From NCBI GenBank assembly GCA_964016885.1, contig OZ024741.1, positions 4,898,001 to 4,962,000 of the forward strand: DNA of 64,000 nt. Reading direction: 5' to 3'. Each line of letters begins with the position of its first letter. The stretch's first letter is position 1. The notes beneath the pieces are model-generated. The model saw only the letters and a program-made list of their open reading frames with translations, had not been told where the DNA came from and ran no database searches. This DNA is from Eledone cirrhosa (lineage: Eukaryota). A program made the translations under genes and the position numbers. Shown here piece by piece: positions 30,654-48,175 of this stretch.

Positions 30654-30704
<51 letters not shown>

Positions 30705-30773
30705 GTATATATATATGTATTATATATATATATATATGTATATGTATATATTATATATGTATATATTATATAG

Positions 30774-30806
<33 letters not shown>

Positions 30807-30807
30807 G

Positions 30808-30898
<91 letters not shown>

Positions 30899-31107
30899 GT
30901 ATAATATATATATATGTATATATATATATATATGTATATATATATGTATATAATATATGTATATATATATATGTATATATAAATATGTATATATATATAT
31001 GTATATATATATGTATATATATATATGTATATGTATATATATATATGTATATATATATATATGTATATATATACATATATACGTATATATATATGTATAT
31101 GTATATG

Positions 31108-31149
<42 letters not shown>

Positions 31150-31238
31150 TATGTATATGTATATTTATATATATATATATATTATTATATATATATATAT
31201 ATATATATATAGTATGTATATATATAATATATATTATA

Positions 31239-31306
<68 letters not shown>

Positions 31307-31327
31307 ATATATATATATTATATATAT

Positions 31328-31402
<75 letters not shown>

Positions 31403-31476
31403 ATATTATATATATATTATATATATTATATATATATATTATATAATATTTATATATATAATATATATATATTATA

Positions 31477-31511
<35 letters not shown>

Positions 31512-31597
31512 ATTATATATATATATAAATAAGATATATATATATTATAGATATTATATATATTATAGATATATATATATATATATATATATTATAG

Positions 31598-31662
<65 letters not shown>

Positions 31663-31796
31663 TATATATTATATATATATTATAATATATATATATATAT
31701 ATTATATATATATATATATATATTATATAATATATATATATATATATATATAATATATATATATTATATATATATTATATATTATATTAATATATA

Positions 31797-31840
<44 letters not shown>

Positions 31841-32147
31841 TATATATATATAATATTATATATATATATATATATATTATATAATATATAATATATATAT
31901 ATAATATTATATTATATATATTTATATATATATAAATATATAATATATATATATATATATATTATATTATATATAATATATTATATATATATATTATATA
32001 TATATATATATTAATATAAATATATATATATATATTATATATATATATATATATTATATATATATATATATATATATTATTATATATATATATATATAAT
32101 ATTATATATATATATATTATATATATAATATATATTATATATTATAT

Positions 32148-32187
<40 letters not shown>

Positions 32188-32262
32188 TATTATATATTTA
32201 TATATATATATATATATTAATATTATATATATATATATTTATATATATATAATATATATAAT

Positions 32263-32293
<31 letters not shown>

Positions 32294-32341
32294 TCTATAT
32301 ATATATATATATATATATATTATCTATATATATATATATAT
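30520..32341. repeat. (TA)n microsatellite with TTA/TAA variants
   Basis: Directly visible. Confidence 0.97.
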
Positions 32342-35200
32342 ATTGGAATAAATGCTCTGAAATTGCGATATATATGTGAATATAGACATAGAATATTCGA
32401 AAATATTCTGTATGTTTATAATAAACATTTGAAGACCTAATCGCTATAGAATAGAATACGTCACGTATTACAATTAGATTCTCGATAAAAGCAAGGGAAG
32501 TAATCTACGCGTTTCATTCTTGTTAGAAATCTTCAGACTACATATCCAGTGCTTTTATCGAGAATGAGCACAGCGCTAGAGACTTATAGAAATCTTAGCT
32601 GTGTACAGGAACTGTTTGAAAGAGCGGTTGCCGGTCCGGCAGAAATTAGAAATTGGAATAAATGCTCTGAAATAGCGATATATATGTGAATATAGACATA
32701 GAATATTCGAAAATATTCTGTATGTTTATAATAAACATTTTGAAGACCTAATCGCTATAGAATAGAATACGTCACGCATTACAATTAGATTCTCGATAAA
32801 AGCAAGGAAGTAATCTACGCGTTTCATTCTTGTTAGAAATCTTCAGGACTACATATCCAGTGCTTTTATCGAGAATGACACAGCTAGAGACTTATAGAAT
32901 ACTTAGCTGTGTACAGGAACTGGTTTGAAAGAGCGGTTGCCGGTCCGGCAGAAATTAGAAATTGGAATAAATGCTCTGAAATAGCGATATATATGTGAAT
33001 ATAGACATAGAATATTCGAAAATATTCTGTATGTTTATAATAAACATTTTGAAGACCTAATCGCTATAGAATAGAATACGTCACGTATTACAATTAGATT
33101 CCGATAAAAGCAAGGGAAGTAATCTACGCGTTTCATTCTTGTTAGAAATCTTCAGGACTACATATCCAGTGCTTTTATCGAGAACATACAGAATATTTTC
33201 GAATATTCTATGTCTATATTCACATATATATCGCTATTTCAGAGCATTTATTCCAATTTCTAATTTCTGCCGGACCGGCAACCGCTCTTTCAAGCCAGTT
33301 CCTGTACACAGCTAAGTATTCTATAAGTCTCTAGCTGTGTCATTCTCGATAAAAGCACTGGATATGTAGCCCTGAAGATTTCTAACAAGAATGAAACGCG
33401 TAGATTACTTCCCTTGCTTTTATCGAGAATCTAATTGTAATACGTGACGTATTCTATTCTATAGCGATTAGGTCTTCAAAATGTTTATTATAAACATACA
33501 GAATATTTTCGAATATTCTATGTCTATATTCACATATATATCGCTATTTCAGAGCATTTATTCCAATTTCTAATTTCTGCCGGACCGGCAACCGCTCTTT
33601 CAAACCAGTTCCTGTACACAGCTAAGTATTCTATAAGTCTCTAGCTGTGTCATTCTCGATAAAAGCACTGGATATGTAGTCCTAAAGATTTCTAACAAGA
33701 ATGAAACGCGTAGATTACTTCCCTTGCTTTTATCGAGAATCTAATTGTAATACGTGACGTATTCTATTTTATAGCGATTAGGTCTTCAAAATGTTTATTA
33801 TAAACATACAGAATATTTTCGAATATTCTATGTCTATATTCACATATATATCGCTATTTCAGAGCATTTATTCCAATTTCTAATTTCTGCCGGACCGGCA
33901 ACCGCTCTTTCAAACCAGTTCCTGTACACAGCTAAGTATTCTATAAGTCTCTAGCTGTGTCATTCTCGATAAAAGCACTGGATATGTAGTCCTGAAGATT
34001 TCTAACAAGAATGAAACGCGTAGATTACTTCCCTTGCTTTTATCGAGAATCTAATTGTAATACGTGACGTATTCTATTCTATAGCGATTAGGTCTTCAAA
34101 ATGTTTATTATAAACATACAGAATATTTTCGAATATTCTATGTCTATATTCACATATATATCGCTATTTCAGAGCATTTATTCCAATTTCTAATTTCTGC
34201 CGGACCGGCAACCGCTCTTTCAAACCAGTTCCTGTACACAGCTAAGTATTCTATAAGTCTCTAGCTGTGTCATTCTCGATAAAAGCACTGGATATGTAGT
34301 CCTGAAGATTTCTAACAAGAATGAAACGCGTAGATTACTTCCCTTGCTTTTATCGAGAATCTAATTGTAATACGTGACGTATTCTATTCTATAGCGATTA
34401 GGTCTTCAAAATGTTTATTATAAACATACAGAATATTTTCGAATATTCTATGTCTATATTCACATATATATCGCTATTTCAGAGCATTTATTCCAATTTC
34501 TAATTTCTGCCGGACCGGCAACCGCTCTTTCAAACCAGTTCCTGTACACAGCTAAGTATTCTATAAGTCTCTAGCTGTGTCATTCTCGATAAAAGCACTG
34601 GATATGTAGTCCTGAAGATTTCTAACAAGAATGAAACGCGTAGATTACTTCCCTTGCTTTTATCGAGAATCTAATTGTAATACGTGACGTATTCTATTCT
34701 ATAGCGATTAGGTCTTCAAATGTTTATTATAAACATACAGAATATTTTCGAATATTCTATGTCTATATTCACATATATATCGCTATTTCAGAGCATTTAT
34801 TCCAATTTCTAATTTCTGCCGGACCGGCAACCGCTCTTTCAAACCAGTTCCTGTACACAGCTAAGTATTCTATAAGTCTCTAGCTGTGTCATTCTCGATA
34901 AAAGCACTGGATATGTAGTCCTGAAGATTTCTAACAAGAATGAAACGCGTAGATTACTTCCCTTGCTTTTATCGAGAATCTAATTGTAATACGTGACGTA
35001 TTCTATTTTATAGCGATTAGGTCTTCAAAATGTTTATTATAAACATACAGAATATTTTCGAATATTCTATGTCTATATTCACATATATATCGCTATTTCA
35101 GCAGTTTATTCCAATTTCTAATTTCTGCCGGACCGGCAACCGCTCTTTCAAACCAGTTCCTGTACACAGCTAAGTATTCTATAAGTCTCTAGCTGTGTCA
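32342..35200. repeat. 310-bp hammerhead-containing tandem array (non-LTR retrozyme); ~2.7 units on - and ~6.5 units on +
   Basis: tagattac recurs at 33401, 33711, 34021, 34331, 34641 and 34950; orientation switch at ~33184; one HHR per unit; no ORF. Confidence 0.93.
33986..34028 (+). ncRNA. minimal type I hammerhead of the retrozyme unit (representative; also + 33366, 33676, 34296, 34606, 34915 and - 32500, 32810, 33119)
   Basis: GTAGTC-CTGAAGA-tTTCT aaca AGAAt-GAAA-CGCG-TA-GATTAC; cleavage predicted after GUA; palindromic ACGCGT stem III. Confidence 0.9.
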
Positions 35201-36463
<1,263 letters not shown>

Positions 36464-38180
36464 TATACGATATTAAACAAATGGAAACTATATTTATAAA
36501 ACCATATTTATTTCATTATACATATTTCCGGGATACCATATTAAAAATATGGCATGCCTTCTTCAGATAAAATAAAATATATAAGCAGTTTTATAAATAT
36601 ATTTGACGTACCATAAATATTGATCAACTTTTATGTAAGAAGTTGGTTTGGTAGTGAGATGTTTATAAATATTTAGTGTTAAGCACATTTAAAAAGAAAG
36701 ACGGAGAAAAAGAAGAAATGTATGTAAAGAAAAACAGAGAGAGATAGGGGAGAGAGAAATAGTGAGGAGGTGAAAATGAGAGGCAGCTGAGGCAACAGAT
36801 GAATAATAATAATTCATCATACAAATTGAGATATTTAGGAGGGAGGGAGTACTGTAATTATTTAGTTATAGTGTTAAGGAGACGGAGAGAAATAAAAAAT
36901 AAAGAGAAAACAGATAGGTAGAGAAAGATAGAGGTGGGGGGAAAAAGAGGTAGACCAAATAATAATAATTATATATGGGGAGGTGAGAGAAATAGGAGAG
37001 AAGTAAGAGAGAAGCTCGAGAGGCAAAGTTAAAATAACCGATACTTAAATTTCATCATGTATAAAGAGGGAGGAGAAGAAATAGCTATATCTAGAGAGAA
37101 GGATGATAGATTTACATCTTTATGTTATGTCCTATCAATTTGAATTATCAATTCATATGAATTGGGTATTATAATGTAAATATCAATATTCATGAATGAG
37201 ACATAGATATATAATGTGTGAAAAATAATGACCATATGTTTAGTTTAAAAATTCTTAGGTCGATGTACCAAAAACTGAGATAAAACTTCAAAAATACGGA
37301 AATACATAAGTATATATGTACTTTCCGGAAAAGGAAAGAAAGAGAAAAAGAAGGTCATCTCAAGTTCTAGTTGATACTATAGACATACCCGTGATCTTAC
37401 GTGATCAACTCTGTTTATTTCTTATTTCACAGAAAAAAAATTTCCCTTGTGTTATAAAAGATTTTACTATATATATATATACATAAATATATATACATAA
37501 AAATATATATTAATATTCCTGCCCTCACATACATGATTATCGTTCATGTATAGAATATTACGCATATCTGTAACATATCCAGAACTATAGCCACACATAC
37601 ATATATATATATATGCGTGCGCACATATATGTACATGGACAGATAAAATAAACAGATAAAATAGAATATACTCTGTAATCATTCCATATTCATATTAATA
37701 CATATGGCCTTTGCACAGAGACAACAGATATTAATATATCAGCACAGAGATATCAAAACGTTAAGAATATTTTCATCACTCCCTAGAGTGTCTCGGGCCG
37801 TAAAAAACACAGTATGTCCCCCATATATCAACCACAGAAATCTACCCTTCCAATTTATCTGACAATATATTGCCAAGTTCATTAGAAGCCATCAGAATCA
37901 AAAATCAAACAAAAAAACAAAAATTATTCAACAAAACTTATTTAGCAGAAATCATTTAAAAGATTTAGGAGACCCTGTTGTTCTACAGATGCTCTTATAT
38001 TTAGTATAGAAGTTTATCTCGCGTAAAATTTATTCAATAGATTGGGAGCATCAACATTTTAGGGTAGTTTAATTACATCATTAGTATATATTTATGAAGA
38101 AGGTTTAAAAGAAAAAGTTGAAGGAATCGAAAGATTTATCGTCAGGTTTCAGAATTAATTAAATATCTTAACTAAATATA

Positions 38181-40393
38181 CTACATTTTAAATTTATATT
38201 TATATTTAAACGTTGAGTTCAATCTATGTCTGCAGCAACTGAATAAATTGCTCCTTAAATTAAGGGAATTTTTAGATTTTAATATAAAAAATATCTCCTC
38301 CACACAGAGGTCACATGTCTCAGATGAGGAATTAAAAGGAATCCCTCTTGAGACTATATTCCAAAACATCGAATATCCAACGTTATCATGTTTAAGTTGC
38401 CAGAGTAAGCCTGATAGTGAAGTTGAAGATTTTTTGTTTGGATCTGTGAAAGAATTCTTATGATTATTATAGCGAAGTTTAAATTCTGTCGAGGTGGAAC
38501 CAACATAGTTAAAAGAATTTAAGTTAGTTTTAACATTACAATTGTATATTATATTTTTAACTAAGCAATTGTTATTTAACGGACATTTAGATTTATTTCT
38601 ACAGTTACAGTTGTTTAATTGAATATTGTTTAGGCTATTATCGGTATTTTGGCTAGGTTTTAGATTCCTATTATTTATTCTGTTAATATTTTGTGCTAAA
38701 TTTTTGGTGGACGAGTAAGTTAATTTTATAGTATGTCTATTAAAAATTGAGTGATATTTATGTGTTCTAGGGAAGCGTTTGTCAAGAGCATTAAAAAATA
38801 GTTTAGCAATGTGGGTTTTAATATTTAGTGAGAAAGGGGGGGCAAACCATATTATATTTCTAGTTCTATTTCTTTTCTGGCTTTTTGAATTATTGTAATG
38901 TTTTCTATTATAGTTGTTAAAGTTGTTACCGTAATTAAAATTGTTGTTATTTTGGTTAGTTTGCCTATTATTATCGATGTACTTAATTTTATCACTATAT
39001 CCTGCTCTAGCTAACGCTTCATTGTAATACTGCGCTTTTTCGTCGAAAGTATTTTTATTAGATGAAATTCTTGAGATACGTTCTTGAACAGAGTTCACTA
39101 TAGTATTTTTAACAGATCTGGGGTGATTAGAGTTAAAACTGACATAATTCAAGTTTTCATTTAGTTTGTGAAATGGATAGCGAAGACATGTGTTGAGATT
39201 TAGTGTTACATCTAGGAAATTGACTATTCTATGGTTATTCTCTATTTCTATTTTTAGATTAAGGTAATTAAAAAATTGTATAATTTGTTTTCTTTTTCTA
39301 TTTAGTTCAGAGTTATTATTTTCAATAAGTAAAAAGCATGTCATCACGATATAATCCTCCGGTTACACCAGGTATTTTTCTATGCAGCGAATTAATTATA
39401 AATAGGCCCACAAGGTCCGTTACCTGAGCTGAGTCAGATGATCCCATAGTAATGTCGAAATTATTATCTCTATCTGCCCTAGTCCATAGTTGGTTATTCA
39501 ATTCTATCAATGTTTTCCTTGCCGATAATATAATGTGCATTTCATTGCTAGTTAGGTCTGTATGTTTGAATGCGTAATTTAGTGCCTTATTCAGTAGATT
39601 AGGGGTAATAGATGAATAGTAGTTAGCAATATCTAGTTGAATAAATTTATTATTATTGTTATATTTAATTTCTTTAAACCACTCAATAACCTCACCAGTT
39701 CCCTTCCATACGTTTAAGTTAGGTAAATTATGTAAGTTTTTAATTTGCTGTATCACCCTGTCTAGAATGTTTTTACTAAGTTTACCCAGGTCAGATTTTG
39801 ATGGTGCAATCAATCTGACTGGCAAATCATTTTCAAAATTTCTTTTGTGATCTTTCATATTGATCTTGGGTTTCCTAGGCAAGAAGGGTTGTGTTTTGTT
39901 CTCAATGTCCAACTCATGCATTATACAAGATGCCTCAACATTCGTTTTTTCCAGTTCGTCCTTATCTGCTACCTTGTACTTTTTCCTTAGTTCTTTCAGT
40001 ATACATGTCTTTTTGCACTCCATAAAGGTTGTTGGTTTTGTCCGATTTCACCAAGATCTTCTCTGTTCTCTCCAAGCTTTCAATATTATCCTTAATGCTT
40101 CTTAGATAGTCCTGGCCTTTGAAGTTTCTCTTGAATTTGACTCCTTGTATGATAGAAAATATATCGTTTTCAAAATCCATTAAAAGTTTGTTGGGGGGTG
40201 GATTTTTTTTAGATTTGAAAAATTTATCTAAGTCTGAAACATTTTCATTTAGATTAGATTTATCAAAGTGGAAGGCACGCCACCTGATTCTTCTTATAAA
40301 AGAGTCTGATTTTTCTATTAATTGTTTAATAAAGTCTTTATTCTTAGGTAGAGGTATGTCTTTTAGAGAAGAAGATATCTTAAAGAATTCCAT
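38181..40393 (-). pseudogene. Naiad RT+GIY-YIG ORF with two frameshifts
   Basis: S.KDIPLP, RIRWRA, VKSDKTNNLY, KDHK..RLIAP.KSDLGK, LDIANYYSSI, FDITMGS.D, GLYRDD, NFLDVT, CNCR..CPL..YVGST..FK.RY.NH. Confidence 0.92.
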
Positions 40394-41821
40394 TTTTTTT
40401 CAGTTATAATATAAAGCGCTCAACAGTATTGGAGCAAAAATATATGCAAAAGTTTTATTTAAAATTGTTGGGTTACAACAAGTAAATATTTTATAACTGA
40501 TATAAAGCACTCAACAAGTTTTGGAGTAGATATACGATATTAAACAAATGGAAACTATATTTATAAAACCATATTTATTTCATTATACATATTTCAGGGA
40601 TACCATATTATGGCATGCCTTCTTCAGATAACATACAATATATAAGCAGTTTTATAAATAAATTTGACGTACCATAAATATTGATCAACTTTTATGTAAG
40701 AAGTTGGTTTGGTAGTGATATGTTTATAAATATTTAGTGTTAAGCACAGTTAAAAAGAAAGACGGAGAAAAAGAAGAAATGTATGTAAAGAAAAACAGAG
40801 AGAGATAGGGGAGAGAGAAATAGTGAGGAGGTGAAAAATGAGAGGCAGCTGAGGCAACAGATGAATAATAATAATTCATCATACAAATTGAGAGATTTAG
40901 GAGGGAGGGAGTACTGTAATTATTTAGTTATAGTGTTAAGGAGACGGAGAGAAATAAAAAATAAAGAGAAAACAGAGAGGTAGAGAAAGATAGAGGTGGG
41001 GGGAAAAAGAGGTAGACCAAATAATAATAATTATATATGGGGAGGTGAGAGAAATAGGAGAGAAGTAAGAGAGAAGCTCGAGAGGCAAAGTTAAAATAAC
41101 CGATACTTAAATTTCATCATGTATAAAGAGGGAGGAGAAGAAAGAGCTAAGAATTTTTAAACTAAGCATATGGTCATTATTTTTCACACATTATATATTT
41201 ATGTCTCATTCATGAATATTGATATTTACATTATAATACCCAATTCATATGAATTGATAATTCAAATTGATAGGACATAACGTAAAGATGTAAATCTATC
41301 ATCCTTCTCTCTAGATATAGCTATTTCTTCTCCTCCCTCTTTATACATGATGAAATTTAAGTATCGGTTATTTTAACTTTGCCTCTCGAGCTTCTCTCTT
41401 ACTTCTCTCACCTCCCCATATATAATTATTATTATTTGGTCTACCTCTTTTTCCCCCCACCTCTATCTTTCTCTACCTCTCTGTTTTCTCTTTATTTTTT
41501 ATTTCTCTCCGTCTCCTTAACACTATAACTAAATAATTACAGTACTCCCTCCCTCCTAAATCTCTCAATTTGTATGATGAATTATTATTATTCATCTGTT
41601 GCCTCAGCTGCCTCTCATTTTTCACCTCCTCACTATTTCTCTCTCCCCTATCTCTCTCTGTTTTTCTTTACATACATTTCTTCTTTTTCTCCGTCTTTCT
41701 TTTTAACTGTGCTTAACACTAAATATTTATAAACATCTCACTACCAAACCAACTTCTTACATAAAAGTTGATCAATATTTATGGTACGTCAAATTTATTT
41801 ATAAAACTGCTTATATATTGT

Positions 41822-41885
41822 ATTTTATCTGAAGAAGGCATGCCATATTTTTAATATGGTATCCCTGAAATATGTATAATGAAAT
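41822..41885 (+). ncRNA. type I hammerhead in Naiad pLTR (representative)
   Basis: ATTTTAT-CTGAAGA-AGGcATGCCATATT ttt AATATGGTATcCCT-GAAA-TATGTA-TA-ATGAAAT. Confidence 0.83.
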
Positions 41886-42017
41886 AAATATGGTTTTATA
41901 AATATAGTTTCCATTTTTTTAATATCGTATATCTACTCCAAAACTTGTTGAGTGCTTTATATCAGTTATAAAATATTTACTTGTTGTAACCCAACAATTT
42001 TAAATAAAACTTTTGCA

Positions 42018-42059
<42 letters not shown>

Positions 42060-42085
42060 CATATATATATGTATATATATATGTA

Positions 42086-43206
42086 GGAGGTGAGTTTTAT
42101 TGTAGTACAATAAAGCAATGCAGATATCGGATAAGAAGCACTCTACAGTTTGTAGGACTGGAGTATACATAATATATAAGAACAAAAGATGGTTAAAAGA
42201 GTTCCATGTATTTTATTATGCGCATTTCAAAAACAAATATCATCATGCAATAATATTTGTGTTTTCATCAGATAAAACAGGAAGACATGATATGAAGGTT
42301 AAAAAACACTTGTGGATAGTTCAGTTTTAAATCAACATATGAGAAGTAGTTTTAGATTGATGTGTGATATTGGGAAAAATATTTTATCTAGAGGGGGGGG
42401 ATGAAAAAGAGGAGGAGATGAGAGTAAAAAGTGGAGAGGGAGGAGTATAATGAGGAACGATGAGATAGGAGGAGAGATGGGTGATAGAGAGAGAGAGATA
42501 GCTTTTATAACTGAGAAAGATATATTGTTTTACATAGAGAGGTTGAAAACCGTTGGAAGATAATGTATAAATTAAAAGAATTTGAAAATTAACGAAGAGA
42601 AAAATAATGTAAAGTTAAGGTTTGTATATTGAGGGGTTTGATAATATGTGCGATGAAAAAGAAAATGTTAATATGTATTGTGAATAATATTTAAGGGTTT
42701 AATAATATGTGCGATGTTAAGAAAATGTTATGTATTATTAAAAGGAACAACAGGTTATTTAAGTAAGGAATTATTGTGAGATGAGCATTACATATACATT
42801 ATCTTCCAACGGTTTTCAACCTCTCTATGTAAAACAATATATCTTTCTCAGTTATAAAAGCTATCTCTCTCTCTCTATCACCCATCTCTCCTCCTATCTC
42901 ATCCTTCCTCATTATACTCCTCCCTCTCCACTTTTTACTCTCATCTCCTCCTCTTTTTCATCCTTTCCACCTCCCCACCCCTCAAAACAAATTTTTTTTC
43001 CCAATATCACACATCAATCTAAAACTACTTCTCATATGTTGATTTAAAACTGAACTATCCACAAGTGTTTTTTAACCTTCATATCATGTCTTCCTGTTTT
43101 ATCTGATGAAAACACAAATATTATTGCATGATGATATTTGTTTTTGAAATGCGCATAATAAAATACATGGAACTCTTTTAACCATCTTTTGTTCTTATAT
43201 ATTATG

Positions 43207-43207
<1 letters not shown>
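42086..43207. mobile_element. fold-back pLTR insertion (arms 42166-42569 and 42794-43207)
   Basis: Reverse-complement arms; HHRs at 42210-42278(-) and 43096-43164(+). Confidence 0.87.
43096..43164 (+). ncRNA. type I hammerhead
   Basis: GTTTTAT-CTGATGA-AAAcACAAATATTA...TGATATTTGTtTTT-GAAA-TGCGCA-TA-ATAAAAT; palindromic ATGCGCAT stem III. Confidence 0.87.
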
Positions 43208-43237
<30 letters not shown>

Positions 43238-43299
43238 GTATATATATATATATGTATATATATATGTATATATATATGTATATATATATATGTATGTAT

Positions 43300-45330
43300 A
43301 GAATTAATAAATCTGTACTCCAATGTTACTATGTAGTCGCATTGGTTGGAGTCAACCGACGTAGGATTCAAGACTGTCAGAGTAGTAGAGATTGTATAAA
43401 GGAAAATGTTTTGGCAGCAGTTAGCTAAATGAGGCGTGTTAAGGTTGGCGGGGGGAGTAAATTCTTCTAGTGGTGTTGTTTGGACAAAATTTAGTTAAAG
43501 GGGTCAATGTAGTACAGAATTATAGACAAGTTATTGGGGCTATTATAGTAGCAGGATATTTCTAAATGGGTCTAAGAAACAGTGTTTAGTGCTATTATTA
43601 TAAAAAGCCATATCGTGTGTATAAACATATAAAAATATGAAATAAAAATAAAAATGTGCAAATGGTGGTGTAAAAAGATAACATTACATGCATTTAAAAA
43701 AAGAAAAAGTCGTTTTTAAACGATGGTTACAGTAAAGTGAACGTTCAATTTTGCTGTTCAAAAGTTTGTTTTCCGACTTTCAAATGCAGTATATCTCCAT
43801 ATTGCATAATTTACAAAATCGTTGATTTTGCTTATATGCTGGCGCAACTGAAATCATTTGCCAGTCAAGGGAGAATGCTTGATTGTTCTTCCGAAGCTAC
43901 CAGGCTTTATCGCCTAGGGTTGTTACGGAGCGCATTTTCTCATGCTTGATCGAAGATCGATGTTGGTATAGGCGAGCTTTGAAAGATGTTGCGGTACATC
44001 CGACGTAATACCATTTGTTGGTTCCGGAATTTATTGTACATCGGTAGACAATATTGCGTGCTAGGCATTGGTTAATCAATGGACACGAACCTGGTTTAGT
44101 GCAGCTACAGTTATTTGTATGTTTTGCAGTAGTATTCTGGATAGTTTGGTGGGGTTGTAGCTGCGTGTTAGTGCGTTGTATGTCGCTATGCTGGTGCGCT
44201 GTGTCATTAGGGATGTACTTATTTAGTATTGTTGAGTTGAGTTTTTTAATTAGTTGTTCTATGTTAGGTGCAGTGGAGTATGAGAGTCTAATGGTGCGCG
44301 AGTTTAAGATTTTATAGTATTTATGTGAAGTTGTAAAGTGTTTATTGATCAGTGTATAGAATTCTGAGATAATCTTAGTGCTAATAGAAATATTGTACAC
44401 GGGGTTATACCATATGTACTCTCTACGTCTAACTCTATTTGTTGGTTTGCACCTATTATTATGCCTATTAATGTGTCTGTGTGGTGCAATACTAGTTCGA
44501 CTTAGATGTGATTTATTCATAGTACCTATGTGGTTATCTTCTAGATATTCTATTTTCTCGCAGTAACCAGCTTTTCTAAGTGCGTCGTTATAATACTCAG
44601 CATGCTCGTTGAAGGTCTGCAAATTAGACGATAGTCGGGAGATCCTTATGGATATATTTTTAGGGATAGATTTAATAATGGAATGGGGGATGGTTCGATC
44701 TTACATTAACGTACTTGAGATTTTCATTAAGTTTGTGAAATGGCTCTATATTACCGTTATTAAGGTTGAAGGTGACATCCAAGAAGTTGACCACCTTAAG
44801 ATTGTGTTCGAAGGTAATATTAAGCCCTAGTTCTAAGAAAAGTTTCTTAATGGTTTTACGTTCGCCTTTCTAGGTTTTGTTTGTTCATATTCTTGACTAA
44901 TAGAAGTGTATCGTCGCGGTATATTCCGCCGTGGAGGTCCGTAAATTCGCTCTGGAGTCTGTGGGCTATATAGATCCCAACCATATCCGTGACCTCCGCC
45001 GAATCATTAGAACCCATCGTAATGTCGAATTCCGAGGGTCTATCTCTGCGGACTCAATAACTATTTTCAAAATGCACTACTGTGCGTCTAGCTTCAAGTA
45101 TAATATTAATTTCCTCGTTTGTGAGGTCCGAGTTAGTCTTAGCGAATGAGAGGGTCCTATGGAGAGTTTCAGGTGAAATAGAGGAATAGTATTCATCCCC
45201 ACTAGAAGAATTACACCACTAGAAGAATTTACTCCCCCCCCCCCGCCAACCTTAACACGCCTCATTTAGCTAAACAAGTGTTACCTAATAAATTATTTAT
45301 ACCCGCATTTCCGTTTCATAAACTTCTTCT
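43300..45330 (-). mobile_element. degenerate 5'-truncated Naiad-type PLE with short inverted 5' segment
   Basis: FDITMGSND, GIYRDD, IWYNP, CSC..CPL..YVGCT..FK.R; stops and frameshifts; 45213-45272 is the reverse complement of 43421-43476. Confidence 0.87.
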
Positions 45331-47995
<2,665 letters not shown>

Positions 47996-47996
47996 T

Positions 47997-48129
47997 CAGA
48001 ATTAGCCGTCGAAACGGCTTGAGCTCAGCTGTCGGGGTCTTACTGGTCCCTATTACCCACTCTACTACCTCAAGTATTGAGTACTTTGGTGCGTTATGGT
48101 CCACCTGGTTCCTTACCACATTTCCTTCG

Positions 48130-48132
<3 letters not shown>
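47997..48132 (+). mobile_element. pLTR end starting at the HHR stem II loop
   Basis: cagaattagccgtcGAAAcggct...agctGTCgggg; same family as 15945 and 17963. Confidence 0.75.

Positions 48133-48175
<43 letters not shown>

Larger units (their letters stand above)
36464..42020 (-). mobile_element. near-complete Naiad-type PLE with two direct pLTRs and an inverted upstream pLTR
   Basis: 36464-37085 repeats at 40532-41147; 41148-42020 is an inverted pLTR plus tail; HHRs at 36510-36573(-), 40577-40634(-) and 41822-41885(+). Confidence 0.93.

Noticed and set aside
33676-33718. CTAAAGA as a new core variant in the array
   Set aside because: Occurs in one of nine units and is uncompensated; a point mutation or sequencing error.
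32342-35200. CRISPR array or Helitron interpretation of the tandem repeat
   Set aside because: Whole units are identical with no unique spacers, and there are no cas or Rep/helicase genes; an HHR per unit explains the array better.
43305-43400. Twister/pistol/HDV-like ribozyme at the 3' end of the degenerate Naiad
   Set aside because: Only hairpins (actccaa/ttggagt) were found; conserved catalytic motifs were not matched.
38181-45160. Selenocysteine read-through, known in some Naiad PLEs
   Set aside because: Conserved Cys codons are ordinary. The TGA at ~39322 follows a homopolymer frameshift, the TGA near 43782 replaces a Leu position in a decayed copy, and no convincing SECIS was seen.
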